From Octopus vulgaris (Eukaryota), in assembly GCA_951406725.2 (NCBI GenBank), contig OX597817.1, positions 47,430,001 through 47,494,000 of the forward strand: a stretch of 64,000 nucleotides of DNA. Direction: 5' to 3'. The position numbers and the translations under genes were made by a program. Shown one piece after another: positions 1 to 12,735 of this stretch. How positions within the stretch are numbered: position 1 is the first letter of the stretch; the number at the start of each line of letters is the position of its first letter. The notes beneath the pieces were generated by a model, which was given only the letters and a program-made list of their open reading frames with translations, made no database searches and was not told where the DNA came from.

Positions 1-134
1 TAAATTCAACCACTTTATATTCAGAATTTAAAATCTTGCCACGGTCATTATTTCAAAGTTGATGTAGAGTACCAAGTACTTGACTAAAAACACTTACCCT
101 CACAATTGCTGGCCTTGTGCCAAAATCACAAACT

Positions 135-330
135 ATTATTACCTCTGCCTTAGTGAAGGAGGAGGTATTGTTTTCAGTTGTATTTGTTTGTTTGTCCATG
201 CACAAGATAGCTCAAGAACTGCTGTATAGATTCAGATGACACTTTCAGGGATGTTTGGCCTCGTGACTGGCACAAACTGATTAGATTTTGGGATCAATCT
301 GGTACCGGACAAGGATTCTGGATTATTTGT
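135..330 (+). mobile_element. Helentron-associated (DINE-1/HINE-like) non-autonomous fragment
   Basis: ttattacctctgcc...ggaggt subterminal hairpin followed by a (gttt)n tract, the usual HINE 5' layout. Confidence 0.5.
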
Positions 331-849
331 TATATTTACTTTACATGATTACGATCTTACGATGACTTTCAAGTCTTTCGCAATTATCTGCCTTTAGGCG
401 CTTTCAGATGTTTTATTTTCGTTTCTCTATTATTAATTTTACTCGCATCTCTCTCAGTAGAAACTGATGGTTAAGGAAATCAAACTACATAAACAAACGG
501 CAGCAAAACCATTCAGAAATTGAATAACACTAACATATTTTTATAATATATATGTGAGATATTATACATGCATATGAACACTTTACAGTATACTTACATA
601 TATACATACATCTATACATTGATCTAAAACATCAGGAACACTAAAGGAAGGCCGGGATTTGAGAGAAGAGAAAACCGAAAGGTCTCATGCTATTCATTTA
701 AAAATTCCTGAGTAGGACTTATTATTATTATCCTCCCCCTAGAAACTATTTTCAATGGTGAATTTGTTAACTTTGGCTTGTGTTAGATAAAGACAAACTA
801 ATCATTACTATATGCAAAGATGGGTCCTTGCTCAGTTTTAACACATTAA

Positions 850-1068
850 CCCTTTAGTATTTAAACTGGCCATATCCAGCCAAAATAGTTAATCTGTTTT
901 ATGTTCAAACTGACCAGATCCAGGCTCTCACACCTACCCTACAATGTTATTCTACATTAAGTAATTACACCATCAAGATCTTGAAGATATGAGATAATGG
1001 ATGATTAATTCAAATCAATGGGGATCAATAGGCATTATGTTTGATAGAATAATCTGAACACTAAAGGG
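850..1068. mobile_element. piggyBac-type MITE, family D
   Basis: TTAA at 846-849 and 1069-1072, TIR CCCTTTAG...CTAAAGGG; related copies near 16997-17224, 32134-32362, 39245-40205 (split), 48450-48652 and 49380-49585. Confidence 0.85.
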
Positions 1069-1342
1069 TTAAAAACTATTTTTCCTGAATAAACGCTGCT
1101 GAAATTAAGGTGCACTCAATACATTTTGGATGCCTCTTTATGGCATCTAAAATGTTATATATTTAATCACCCATGAACTTTGAATCAAATTTGCAACATC
1201 AGCCAAAGTTATCCTGTAAAAATTTTGAGATCTGTTTTTAAAATTTTACATCAATTGTATGCGTCTGCAAATTTAGGAAATATTTCACAAGTTCTTATCT
1301 GGGTTTGCAGTTATAGTATTGAAGAGTATAAATTTTAAGTAC

Positions 1343-1409
1343 CATGTCCAATTTCTCGTCTTCCAATGCTAGATAGCCGGCCAGTATCATTCGTGGCATA
1401 TGGTGGAAA
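1343..1409 (-). CDS. PNPT1: PNPT1 internal exon, 67 nt
   Basis: ttccatttcag|TTT CCA CCA TAT...GGA CAT G|gtactt; [22 protein letters not shown](G), the conserved FPPY...RREIGHG motif. Confidence 0.96.
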
Positions 1410-1507
1410 CTGAAATGGAAAGAATGTGGTGAGTTAAAAAATAAAAGTATTGAAAGTATAGAGGAAAGATTCAAAGGGTTAAATGAAAATCTGAGCTGAA
1501 ATCTCAT

Positions 1508-2189
1508 TATCTTTTATTCTTTTACTTGTTTCAGTCATTGGATTGCAGCCATGCTGGGGTACCATCTGGAAGGGGTCAGTCGACCAAATCTATTCCAGTA
1601 TTTATTCTTTATTCGAATTCCACCAAGGTCGACTTTGCTTTTCATCTTTTTCAGGGTCGATAAATTAAGTACCAGTTGCCTCCTGGGGCCAATCTAATTG
1701 ACTGGCCCCCTCCCCAAAAATTTTGGGCCTTGTGCCTAGTGTAGAAAAGAATATTTATTCTTTATTTTTTATTTGCTTTTTTGGGGTTTTTTTGTTTTGT
1801 TTTTTGGGTTTTTTTTTTTTTTTGTGGGAGCAGGGTCTGGTACTTATTCTGTCAGTCTCTTTTGCAATATTGCTGTGTTATGGGAATGTGAATAAACAAA
1901 CACCTGCTGTCAAATGATGATAGGGACAAACATGATATAAACACAAAGACATACAGATGCCCACACAGATATATATATACATATATACACATGCATACAC
2001 ACACATATATATATACATACACACAATGGGCTTCCTCTCAGTTTCCATTTACCAAAGTTCTGTCATGAGGCATTGGTCATCCCATGGCTATAGTAAAAAA
2101 AAAACAATTGCTCAAGGTACCACACACAGAGATTGAACATGCCGCCATATGGCTGTCAAGTGAGCTTCTTAACCACACAGCCACACCTG
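1508..2189 (-). mobile_element. tRNA-derived SINE family A, interrupted by a SINE B fragment at about 1614-1752
   Basis: Reverse complement of the consensus seen at 48851-49340; lies about 100 nt upstream of the 67-nt exon acceptor. Confidence 0.8.
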
Positions 2190-2958
2190 TCTCCATTAGA
2201 TGAAAAATAAAGCAAGATTTCACAAGATTAAAATTTCATCAGAATTTCATGTAAAACAAAATGAAAAAAATGTGTTTTAAAAGTTCTATTCTAAATACCA
2301 GCTTAATATATTGATAAATAAATTTAAAGTTATTTGCTTCGTTAATCTCCACCGAACTCTCACCCAGCACACCCAATTTTTGATTAATTTCAAAATTACT
2401 GAAGCAAATGAACAGTATAATCTCATTAGAAATATGGTCACAAGAGGGTCAATTAATCTCTCTGTTACTTTCCGGCTATTTACCTAGAACATCTTTTAGT
2501 TGAATCTAAGGAGAAAGCAAATCTTTGCTAATAATTCCATCAAGAACCTCTTCAATGAGAAATGAAAAGTGAACGAGTGAGAACAGCCTTAGCCAAAGTG
2601 TTGTTGGAGATATTTATGTTACACTAACAGACACACTTATCATCACAGTTTGACATAAATATTGAAAATATAAACACACACAGATGTATATATGGGCACA
2701 CACTTATCACAAGAATAGAGGCCAACTTATAAGAATGAGGTAGACTTCTTTCAGATTTCCCTAATAATTAATTTCACCTTTTGTGTTCCTGTCTACCTTA
2801 CATTTTATTTGTCAAATCTCCAAGCATCTTCACATATATTTGTGTGCATTTATACAAACACACAGACAGAAAGATAGATAAATCATGAACAAACAATGTT
2901 TTCCTTTGAGATGCATTTTAACACTTTAGGTGGCAAGCCATCTGAAAGCACTTTTGGT

Positions 2959-3296
2959 ACAATGGCACAAAAGTTATGTATTTTAAAAGGTTTATTTAAA
3001 TTAAAAGGTTCCGTTATAATTTAACCTAAAAACTATTTGTTAAATTATGCTCCGAACATCAACTTCATAGCACAATGGTACAAACGTTATGTATTTTAAA
3101 AGGTTTATTTAAATTAAAAGGTTCCGTTATAATTTAACGTAAAAACTATTTGTTAAATTATGCTCCAAACATCAATTTCATAGCACAATGGCACAAAAGT
3201 TATGTATTTTAAAAGGTTTATTTAAATTAAAAGTTTCTGTTATAATTTAACATAAAAACTATTTGTTAAATTATGCTCCAAACATCAACTTCATAG
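2959..3296. repeat. Tandem repeat, 113 bp x3, inside a degenerate family E MITE
   Basis: acaatgg recurs at 2959, 3072 and 3185 with near-identical units. Confidence 0.9.
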
Positions 3297-3352
3297 TAAA
3301 AGAATTGGTTACTTCACTAAATCCCATTCAACTCATTCAAACTGTCAAAATA

Positions 3353-3560
3353 TTGGGTTGTCCGGAAAGTTCGTGGCGATTTATAGTAGCTTAACCTTTC
3401 AACTTATTTTAGAACATGGTTGAGTCCATAAAATAAGAAAGATGGATACGCATTTTGCAATAAAATGGTTCATATTTGGTTGATTAAAAATGTAATGGCA
3501 AGTATTTATTGACCTTTTTGTTTCCTTTAAAAATCGGCACGGACTTTCCGGACAACCCAA
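3353..3560. mobile_element. Tc1/mariner-type MITE
   Basis: 30-bp TIR ttgggttgtccggaaagt(t/c)cgtg(g/c)cgattt at both ends, TA on the left. Confidence 0.85.
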
Positions 3561-3724
3561 TGTATTGAAACACATAGGTTACTTTATATTCAGAAATATT
3601 ACCACAAAAGTGTTGGTAGCACAAAAAAAGCACCCAGTGCACACTCTAAAGAGGTTGGCATTAGGAAAAGCATCCGGCCAAAGAAATCATGCCAAAGCCA
3701 AACTATTGGAGAAGGACAATTAAA

Positions 3725-3921
3725 ACGGCGAGCTGGCACAAAGGGCAAAATGCTTAGCAGTATTTCGCCTGTCTTTACGTTCTCAGTTCAAATTCTTTGG
3801 AGGTCGACTTTGCCTCCCATCCTCTCGGGGTCAATAAATTAGGTACCAGTTGACTACTGGCGTCAATCTAATCGACTGCCCCCCACCCAAAATATCGGGC
3901 CTTGTGCCTAGAATAGAAAAG
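3725..3921 (+). mobile_element. tRNA-derived SINE family B
   Basis: cggcgagctggca head, B-box gttcaaatt, conserved gtcgactttgcct...catcc...ggggtc.ataaatta.gtaccag core; many copies in the window. Confidence 0.8.
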
Positions 3922-4052
3922 ATCTGGAGTAGGTCGCAGTTCTTAACTCATTGGATCCTTGTCAAGCCATCTAACCCATACAACAGCATGAAGATGGACA
4001 TTTTCTTCTTTTATATATATATGTATGTATGTATATATATATATAACACACA

Positions 4053-4266
4053 TGAGGGCTTGAAGAAAAGTTCCTGGCATTAAGGGTATCACGAAACGCC
4101 TGGTTGGAGGCCCAGCTTTCTAGTTCTTTTACAGGGCTTAGAAAAACTGAAGGACTGCTGCACTCTATGTATGAATCTGAGAGAATACATTGAATAAAAT
4201 CATAATTAACTAAATCCTCTTGTATTTTGCTTTATACAAAACCAGAAACTTTTCAGTACCCACTTG
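4053..4266. mobile_element. Degenerate mariner-like MITE
   Basis: Imperfect terminal inversion gaaaagttcctgg / ccagaaacttttc. Confidence 0.5.
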
Positions 4267-4297
4267 CACACACGCACGCACACAAACACATACACAC

Positions 4298-4355
<58 letters not shown>

Positions 4356-5254
4356 TATATTATTTTTATAATTTACTTCATCTTTACTTTTTAATTGTCA
4401 CTTTAATTTTAACTTTCCTATGATATACAATTTTCAAGATGGTGTAATTTAGTTGTTCATTTTGAACTGATAAAAGGTTTCTTTTCAAATATTTCATGTA
4501 TAAGCGTGTATATATATATATATATATATAGTGGTATAAATATCAACACAATTTTTTCCCCTTCCTCCCTTATTTTTCTTTTTCTTTTTTTGTCTCTCTC
4601 CCCTTCTCCAAACACACAGACACACGCACACGTAAATACACACGCACACACACACACACAAACACACACGGACACACACACAGACACACACCCACAAAAC
4701 AATCATAAAAAGTGGAAAGAATTCTTAAACCCAAAAAAGCATTTGACCATTCTCACAATGATAAAAGGAAATATAATTTATGGCCTACCTCCCCGCCACC
4801 ACACACTCAGTGACACTGTGAAGTGGTCAAAGTTGAAATTCTTAGAACCCCCTTGGAGTCAATATTCTGTCCAGCAGACCAAAAAAATTCTTTCCTTATT
4901 CCCTCTCCCTTCCCCTCTTTCTCTTTAGCACTCACCTCAGATACAAACACACACACACACACACATACACACATGTTCTCTCTCTCACTTTCTCCTCATC
5001 CAACTCACCCTCTTGTACTGTCTTATATTCCTCCCCACCACTACGAAACTCTATAAAATGATTAAAATTCCCCACAAAGGAACTTATTTTGATTTGAAAA
5101 CCCCACTAGAATGGGAGAAAGCGCTAATGATCTAAGTGATATGATATATATATAAAAAATGTAATATATAAATAAATATCTGTAAATATAAACCATCCGA
5201 TCTTCTGAGTACCTCATTCTTCTAATATATAATACCTGTACATCATCTCCAAAC

Positions 5255-5344
5255 CTTCCAATACACATATATATATATACATACACACATATTTATATGT
5301 GTATATATACAGATACATATATATATATAAATATATGTGTGTAC

Positions 5345-5395
<51 letters not shown>

Positions 5396-5440
5396 AATAA
5401 ATATATATATATACATATATATATATATACACACACACAC

Positions 5441-5497
<57 letters not shown>

Positions 5498-5515
5498 CAC
5501 GCGCACACACACATA
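5255..5515. repeat. (TA)n/(CA)n compound microsatellite
   Basis: Direct reading. Confidence 0.95.
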
Positions 5516-6279
5516 ATGTTGAGGCATCAACCTTCGATCTTTTCACTTTTTCACCCCGGATTGTTTAACCTTCAGATACATTCTGATATTTTATTTTTCT
5601 CCAACCACTGAATGCACAAGCACACAACCCACCCGACACCCCTCCATCCCAGCACGCTTAATCCATTTACATTACATATCTAAAGCAATTGGAGTTGTTT
5701 CCCCTGTACACACATCAGTCAACACACTTTTTGATGCTTGACCACTTCTGCAACTAAATTGTTCACAGTAGTTCTTTCTCTAACTTAATGTTTCATGCCC
5801 AGTGAACTGTAACCAACTTATTCCTCTCAAAAGTTGTCAATACAGTAATAAAGGATGAACCAAAAATTTTTTTAAAAAAAACGCAATATATGCGGAAAAC
5901 AAAGGGGAAATCCACACCATATCCAGAAAAGCTTTCAATGAAACTACTTCCTATAACAACAAAAGCAAGCAACAACAATTACAACAACAACAGATCTGCT
6001 GGAAGAGACTGGAACAAGGCTGAATAACAACAACAACAACAACAACAACAGCAGCAGCAAGTCAAAAGTCCATGTGAGATTATATGTACTTATAGCACTG
6101 ACCCTTGTGAAGGACAAACAAAGACCCAGCCAACCTTGAAATAAGGAAGGAGATCTAATCTATTTGTCAGCCATCACAGTTTTTGGTTTGGGGTTCATGA
6201 ACAGAGCAAATGTAACCCTTGCCCCACCTCTCTGCCAACACCTCTCCACCTATTACAGATGCACTGTTACATGTTTTCC

Positions 6280-6740
6280 CTTGTTATCATCATCATGTTT
6301 CTTGTTGTTGTTGTTGTTGTTTGTCAGTGGCAGAGATGGTGATGGTGGTGATGGTGGCAATGATGGTGGTTGTGATAGTGGTGGGTTGAGCTGGGGGCAG
6401 GATGGGGTTGTTACAATGATAGTGGTGGAAGTGGTGGTGGTGGTGGTGGTAGTGGTAATGGTGATGGTTGGGGTAGTGGTGGGGTGAAGTGAGGGTGGGA
6501 AGGGGGATGTTGCAACGGTGGTAGTGGTGGTGGTAATGGTGGTAGTGCTGGGGTGAGGTGGGGATTGCAGTGGTGGTAGTGATGGTGGTGGTGGTAGTAG
6601 TGCTTGTAGTGGTGGTTGCAATGCTACCTTTGCTGGTGCTGGTGATGGTGGTTATGGTAGTTGTGGTGGAGGTGGTAGTAGTTATAGTGGTGGTGGTGGT
6701 GATAGTGGTTGTTGTTGTCATTGTTGTGGTGGTGGTGTTT
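6280..6740. repeat. Degenerate (GGT)n/(GTT)n trinucleotide tract
   Basis: Direct reading; source of poly-V/T/H ORFs. Confidence 0.95.
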
Positions 6741-6829
6741 AACTGGGCAGAGAAGAATAATAGACTGTGTTCAAAATCAGTAGCAATCCACAAAGAGAAG
6801 AACTATTTTTTAACCCTAAAGGCTGGAGT

Positions 6830-7575
6830 AGCAGTGAAAGGGGGAGGGAGAGAAGTGACTGGGTGTGTCAGCAATAGAATACATAACTGAGAGGGAGGAA
6901 GGGGCAAAAGGTGAGAAGGACATGGTGGAGAAACAGAAGTGGGAGGAGGAGTGAAGGTGGGTGGTAGAATAATAGAGGTATGAAGGGAATTGGGGAAAGT
7001 GAAAGTAGAAGGAAATGTGTGAGAGAGAGAGAGGGAGCATAGGTGAAAGAGAGGATGAAGGATATAAGGAGAAAGAAAAGAAAAGAGAGACAGAGAGAAG
7101 TTGAAGGATTGAGAAAGGGGTAAAGACCTGATAGGAAGGGAAGAAAGACAGGGAGAGAGAGGAGGAGAAGGAAGGAAGGAAAGGAAAGGAAGGAAGACAG
7201 ACAGAAAGCAAGAAAAATAATGAAAGAAAGGAGGGAAGAAAGAAAAAAAGAAAGAAAGAAAAACAGACAGACAGAAAGAAAAAAAGATGGGAAGAAAGAC
7301 AAAGTAGGGAAGGAAGGAAGAATGAAAGAAAGAAAGAAATGAAGGAAAGAAGGAAGGAAGACAGGTAGACAGGCAGGCAGACAGACATATAGACAGACAG
7401 ACAGACAGACAGAAAGAAAGAAAGAAAGAAAACAAGCAGGCAGGCAGACAGAAAAATAGACAGGCAGAGAAGTGTATGGAGATCTAGCAAGAAAGAGAGA
7501 AAGAGAAGACAAACCGTGATGAGAGAGAGAGAGAGAATGAGAGAGAGAGAGGGAGGGAGAGAAAGGTGAGAGAAT
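6830..7575. repeat. Polypurine tract, (GA)n/(GAAA)n/(GACA)n
   Basis: About 740 nt strongly A/G-biased on the + strand. Confidence 0.9.
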
Positions 7576-7679
7576 GGAAAGTGTACACATTGTAAACTGT
7601 AGCACATAAATAACAAGATTAGACACAGGCAGAAAACTATGCATCTCCTTCTATATAGCATTATAGAAGAGAAAATTAA

Positions 7680-7880
7680 GTTAATAGCAGTGTGAATGCC
7701 GAATTGCACCGCGCCAGCAAGCTGACCCCCACAGGGAGTGTTCAATAATGAAGAATTTGGTTAGCAGAACACTCTGGATAATTGGTTTCCAAGATGGCAG
7801 CCATTGTATTACCTGACATATTCAAGCTTTTGATCTTGTTGCTTGTTCTTGGCTCACACTTGTAGCAAGACAATTGTTTG
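7680..7880. promoter_or_regulatory. Candidate promoter/enhancer island
   Basis: Repeat-free, local CpGs, ATTGG at 7781, YY1-like CAAGATGGCAGCC at 7790-7802, Sox-like CATTGT and ACAATTGT. Motif evidence only. Confidence 0.3.
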
Positions 7881-7980
7881 AGAAGGAGAGAGAAGGATAA
7901 TAGTACTCTGTCTTCTCTTTCACACTTTACATATATATGTATGTATATATGTATATATATATATATACACACACACATAT

Positions 7981-8046
<66 letters not shown>

Positions 8047-8366
8047 ATATAAATATATATACACACATATATATACACACATACATGCACACATACATAT
8101 ATGTACATAAATATACATCTGTGTGTATGTGTGTTCTCTAGACAAATGATAGATAGACAGAGAGGTAAATACGGAGAGGGAAGTTATAAACACTTACACA
8201 TAATTGAGAGAGACACAGTTATGAAGCATAGAATATGTACATATACATGCATACACGCACACAAACATACAAAACCCATATTATTTGTCCATCACATAGT
8301 GACACAGAGAAGTTAGCAGCAGTGTTGGCCACTAGTTGTAAGGATGAGTGTATAAATACAAACAAC

Positions 8367-8406
<40 letters not shown>

Positions 8407-8414
8407 TCACTATG

Positions 8415-8608
8415 ATAGGTTGTTAGCCACTACACACATTTTTTTTCTCTTCTTTTTTTCTCTCCTTGTTTTTTCTGTTTCCCTTTCTGTGGAAGAGCGT
8501 AGGCTCGAAACGTAAAAGTCTTTTTCTATTCCTGAGCGTTATACTAATACATCTGTTTGTTTTGTACACCACCCATCTTCATCTTTTGTTTTTTTCGTAA
8601 ACTCTCCC

Positions 8609-8610
<2 letters not shown>
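8415..8610 (+). mobile_element. Penelope-like non-autonomous repeat with hammerhead-like motif
   Basis: Near-identical to 40900-41085; contains ctttCTGTGGAAGAGCGTAGGCTCGAAACGTAaaag. Confidence 0.55.
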
Positions 8611-8644
<34 letters not shown>

Positions 8645-8669
8645 AACACATACACACACGTGTGTATAT

Positions 8670-8838
8670 GTGGCATGTAAAAAGCACCCACTACACTCTC
8701 GGAGTGGTTGGCAATATTAAGAGCATCCAGCTGCAGAAACATTGCCAGATCAGATTGGAGCCTGGTGCAGCCCACTGGCTTGCCAGACCTCAGTCAAACT
8801 GTCCAGCATAGAAAGCGGACATTAAACGATGATGACGA
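8670..8838 (+). mobile_element. RTE LINE 3' tail (family C)
   Basis: gcacccactacactctcggagtggttggc...gaaagcggacattaaacgatgatga; the same tail is joined to an RT ORF at 52374-53430. Confidence 0.8.
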
Positions 8839-8920
8839 ATGCCTGAATATTGAAAGACTACCAGCAATGTAGGGCAGCAGTTGTGAAGATGGACATATAC
8901 ATACAAACAATCCATATGTA

Positions 8921-10105
8921 TATTCTTTTATTCTTACTAAGCCTAGTACTTATTCTGTCAATCTCTTTTTGCTGAACCACTAAGTTATGGGGACGTAAAC
9001 ACACCAACATCAGTTGTCAAGCGATGCTGGGGGATGGGGGGAACAAACACACACACACATGACGGGCTTCTTTAAGTTTCCATCTACAAAATCCACTTAC
9101 AAGGCTTTGGTCAGCCCAAGGCTAAAGTAGAAGACACTTACCCAAGGTGCCATTCAATGGGACTGAACCCAGAACCATGTGGTTGGTAAGCAAGCTACTT
9201 ACCACACAGCCACTCTTGCGCCTATGCATATCACATATATATATAGGTATACATGTGTACATGTGAGACACATGGTGACACACACACAAGCAACAGGATG
9301 ATCAGTTTAGTGGAGGACATGTACACAGAGACACGGACACAAATTTTTCATGTCCGTTTGGGGAAAAAAAAAATAAGGCAATAACGCAAGATAATAGACA
9401 GAGATGCACTTTACAAAATTTTCCATACGTGTATTTCATGACTAATAAAGTAAGACACAAGAGAGACGTGTCACTGTGTACACACATCCTACATATTTTC
9501 AAATATATTCACCTTATTCCTCGTTACTATATTTATGGTGAATTACACTGCCTTTGTCTCAGCAACAGACTCTTGTTCTTTCACTTGTTTTCAGTCATCT
9601 GACTGTGGCCATGCTGGAGCACCACCTTAAAGGGCCTTTTATTTTTTTTCCCTTTAGTCGAAAAAAATCGACCCTAGGACTTATTCCTTGTAAGCCTAGC
9701 ACTTATTCCATCAATCTGTTTTGCCAAACTGCTAAGTTATGGGGGACATAAACACACCAACATTGGTTGCCAAGCGATGGTGGGGGGGACAGAGAAACCC
9801 GACACAAAGACACACACACACACACACACACATAAATAAGCATATTTATATATATATGTGAGTGTGTGTGTATGTATGTATGTATACACTTTTATTATTT
9901 TATTCTTTTACTTCTTTTAATCATTTGAAAGTGGCCATGCTGGAGCACCACATTGAATTGAATAAATCAACCCCAGGACTTATTCTTTGTAAGCCTCGTA
10001 CTTATTCTATCGGCCTCTTTTGCCAAACCGCTAACTTATGGGGTCATAAACACACCAACAAGTGATGGTGGGGATACAAACACAGACACACATACACACA
10101 CACAC

Positions 10106-10155
<50 letters not shown>

Positions 10156-10181
10156 GGCTTCTTTCAGTTTCCATCTACCAA
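8921..10181 (-). mobile_element. Cluster of three SINE A copies (8921-9222, 9575-9830, 9893-10181)
   Basis: Matches the family A consensus. Confidence 0.8.
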
Positions 10182-10861
10182 ATGAATGAAACAAATAAAA
10201 GAATAAAACAATAACCCTTTTGATACCAACTCACCTGAGACAGCCCCAAATTTTATGATACAAACTTCCTGTTTTCAGGCAATCTAAATTAAAATCTCTC
10301 GTTAAAATTTCATGCTAATTCATGTTCCAGACACCAGTTTAGTTCTGATAAAGTAATTTTATTAATTTATTATAATTTTCAAAATTAATTGAAATATGGA
10401 CAATGTCTTTCAAAAGAAATTTAGTAATTTTGTTAAGTTAAGATGGCGCTAGGAATATGAATTGCATCAAATTTTGGTACAGGACCAGCATTTCTAGGGA
10501 GAGGGCGTTAGTCAATTAGATTGATCCATTATTTGATTGGTGTTTATTTTATCAACTCTGGAAGGATGAAAGGCAAAAATGGACTTTGGAATTCAATTGT
10601 TGCCAAATGAAATTTTCATAAAAGGTTTTAATTTAAATCACTTAAAAATAGGAAGTTTGTGTTACAGAACCAGAGATGGCACTGGATGGGTCATACCAAG
10701 AAAAAAGCAGTACAGTTTGAATTAGTCTATCAGGCCAAAGAGGAGCTTCTATGCAGTTGCATAACTAGCAAGAAGTAGCAGTCAAATTTCTCTTTAATCA
10801 CACTTTACTGTATTAAAAAAATGAAATATGAATAACTTGGTCTTAAATGGTGACATAGACA

Positions 10862-11605
10862 TGGGCATGGTTGTGTGGTAAGAAGTTTACTTCCCAATTA
10901 CCTGGTTCCAGGATCAGTCCCACTGCGTGGCATCTTGGGTAAGTGTCTTCTATTATAGCCTCAGGTCAACCAAAGCCTTGTGAGTGAATTTAGTAGACAG
11001 AAACTGAAAAAAGAGCAGCTAGATGGGAGATATGTTAGCATGCCGGGCGAAATGCTTAGCAGTATTTCGTCTGCCGTTATGTTCCGAGTTCAAATTCCGC
11101 CAAAGTCAACTTTGCCTTTCATACTTGCAGGTTCAATAAATTAAGTACCAGTTATACACTGGGGTCGGTGTTATCAACTTAACCCCTTTGTTTGTCCCCT
11201 CTATGTTTAGCCCCTTGTGGGCAATAAAAAAATAAGAAACATTAGCATGCCGGGCAAAATGCTTAGTGGTATTTTGTCTGCCATTACGTTCTGGGTTCAA
11301 ATTCCGCCGAAGTTGACTTTGCCTTTCATCCTTTCGGGTCGATAAATTAAGTACGCACTGGGGTCGATGTAATCAAGTTAATCCCTTTGTCTGTCCTTGT
11401 TTGTCCCCTCTATGTTTAGCCCCTTGTAGGCAATAAAGAAATAAAAAAATAAGAAACTGAAAAAAACTTGTAGCATGTGTATGTGTGTGCATGCATGTGC
11501 ATGCGTGTGTATGCAGATGAGTGCAGATGTATGTGTATCATTTTTGTCTGTGCATGTCCCCACACACACTGCTTGACAACCAGAGTTGGTTTGTTTACAT
11601 TCTCT
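10862..11605 (+). mobile_element. SINE A interrupted by two tandem SINE B copies (about 11030-11445)
   Basis: A head to 11010, two B units, A body resumes after a duplicated agaaactgaaaaaa. Confidence 0.8.
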
Positions 11606-12179
11606 GTAAAAACTATCAAAAAGAAAGTCAAAGAAGAATATTATCTTATTACAGAAAGATACCCTAAAATACCAAATCACCTTTCTCTCCCCCTCTCTCT
11701 CCCTCCTTCACACACACAAACACTTTCTCTCATTCTCTCTCTCTCTCTCCTCTCTTCAAACCCTCTACAAGAATTAGAAAATCAATATATTTGTTTAGAA
11801 ATGGATAAAACAGATACAACATAAACATAATATAACCATGAAAAATAGTTGTTTTTTTGTGTTTTTTTTCATTTCATTTCGTCTTATTTATCTTCTTAAA
11901 AATATATCACAGAGAAAAATTTAGGATAATATAAATATCAGTGAACTAAGATGGCTGACAAAAGCAAGATGGCTGACATGCAAATAGTGGATATCAGAGT
12001 AAGCAGAAATAATGGGATTTCAACATACTAAATTGGAATTTGAGAATTAAAAAAATGCAATTTCAGGAAAACTGTAAGATAATGTCAGCATTTTATATTT
12101 AGCTGTGTAACCTTGATATCTCATTGGCCACCAGTTTTTTTTTTTTATCAAACTGAACATGTTGTACTCTCTGTGGACA

Positions 12180-12422
12180 AGTAATAATAATAATAATAAT
12201 AATAATAATGTTAAAACAACAGATGATGATGATGATAATGATGATAATAATAATAATAATAATAATAATATTTTTAAAACGTAATAAGATAATAATGAAA
12301 ATAATAAGTATTATCATTATAATTATAATGATAATAATAATTCTATATATCTTGCCAAAAACATATCTTTATAGTTAATAAAGAATATAATTCCATTATT
12401 ATTATTGCTTATTATTATTATA

Positions 12423-12463
<41 letters not shown>

Positions 12464-12599
12464 CATCATTATTATGAATATTAGTTCTTTATATTGAGGT
12501 TTTTGCCAAAGGCATCATGTTTGATTAAGAAACCATTATTGTTCTTGTCAATAACATGATTACCATATTATTATTACTGTTGTCATCATCATCATCAGC

Positions 12600-12639
<40 letters not shown>

Positions 12640-12735
12640 CAATAATAATAATGACAACAACAACAATAATAATCATCACTATCATTGTCCTCATCATTAT
12701 TGTTATTCCTATGGCTGTGCTGCTGCTGCTGCTAC
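12180..12735. repeat. (AAT)n/(ATT)n/(ATC)n compound tract
   Basis: Direct reading. Confidence 0.9.

Noticed and set aside
1295-1507. 70-aa ORF from the track as a standalone gene
   Set aside because: It overlaps the real 67-nt PNPT1 exon in a different frame.
4220-8430. Long ORFs such as 6816-7745 (309 aa) and the YI/CV/HT-repeat ORFs
   Set aside because: Translations of microsatellites and purine tracts; the same applies to 14637-15205, 19963-20584, 28945-30931 and 49867-51789.
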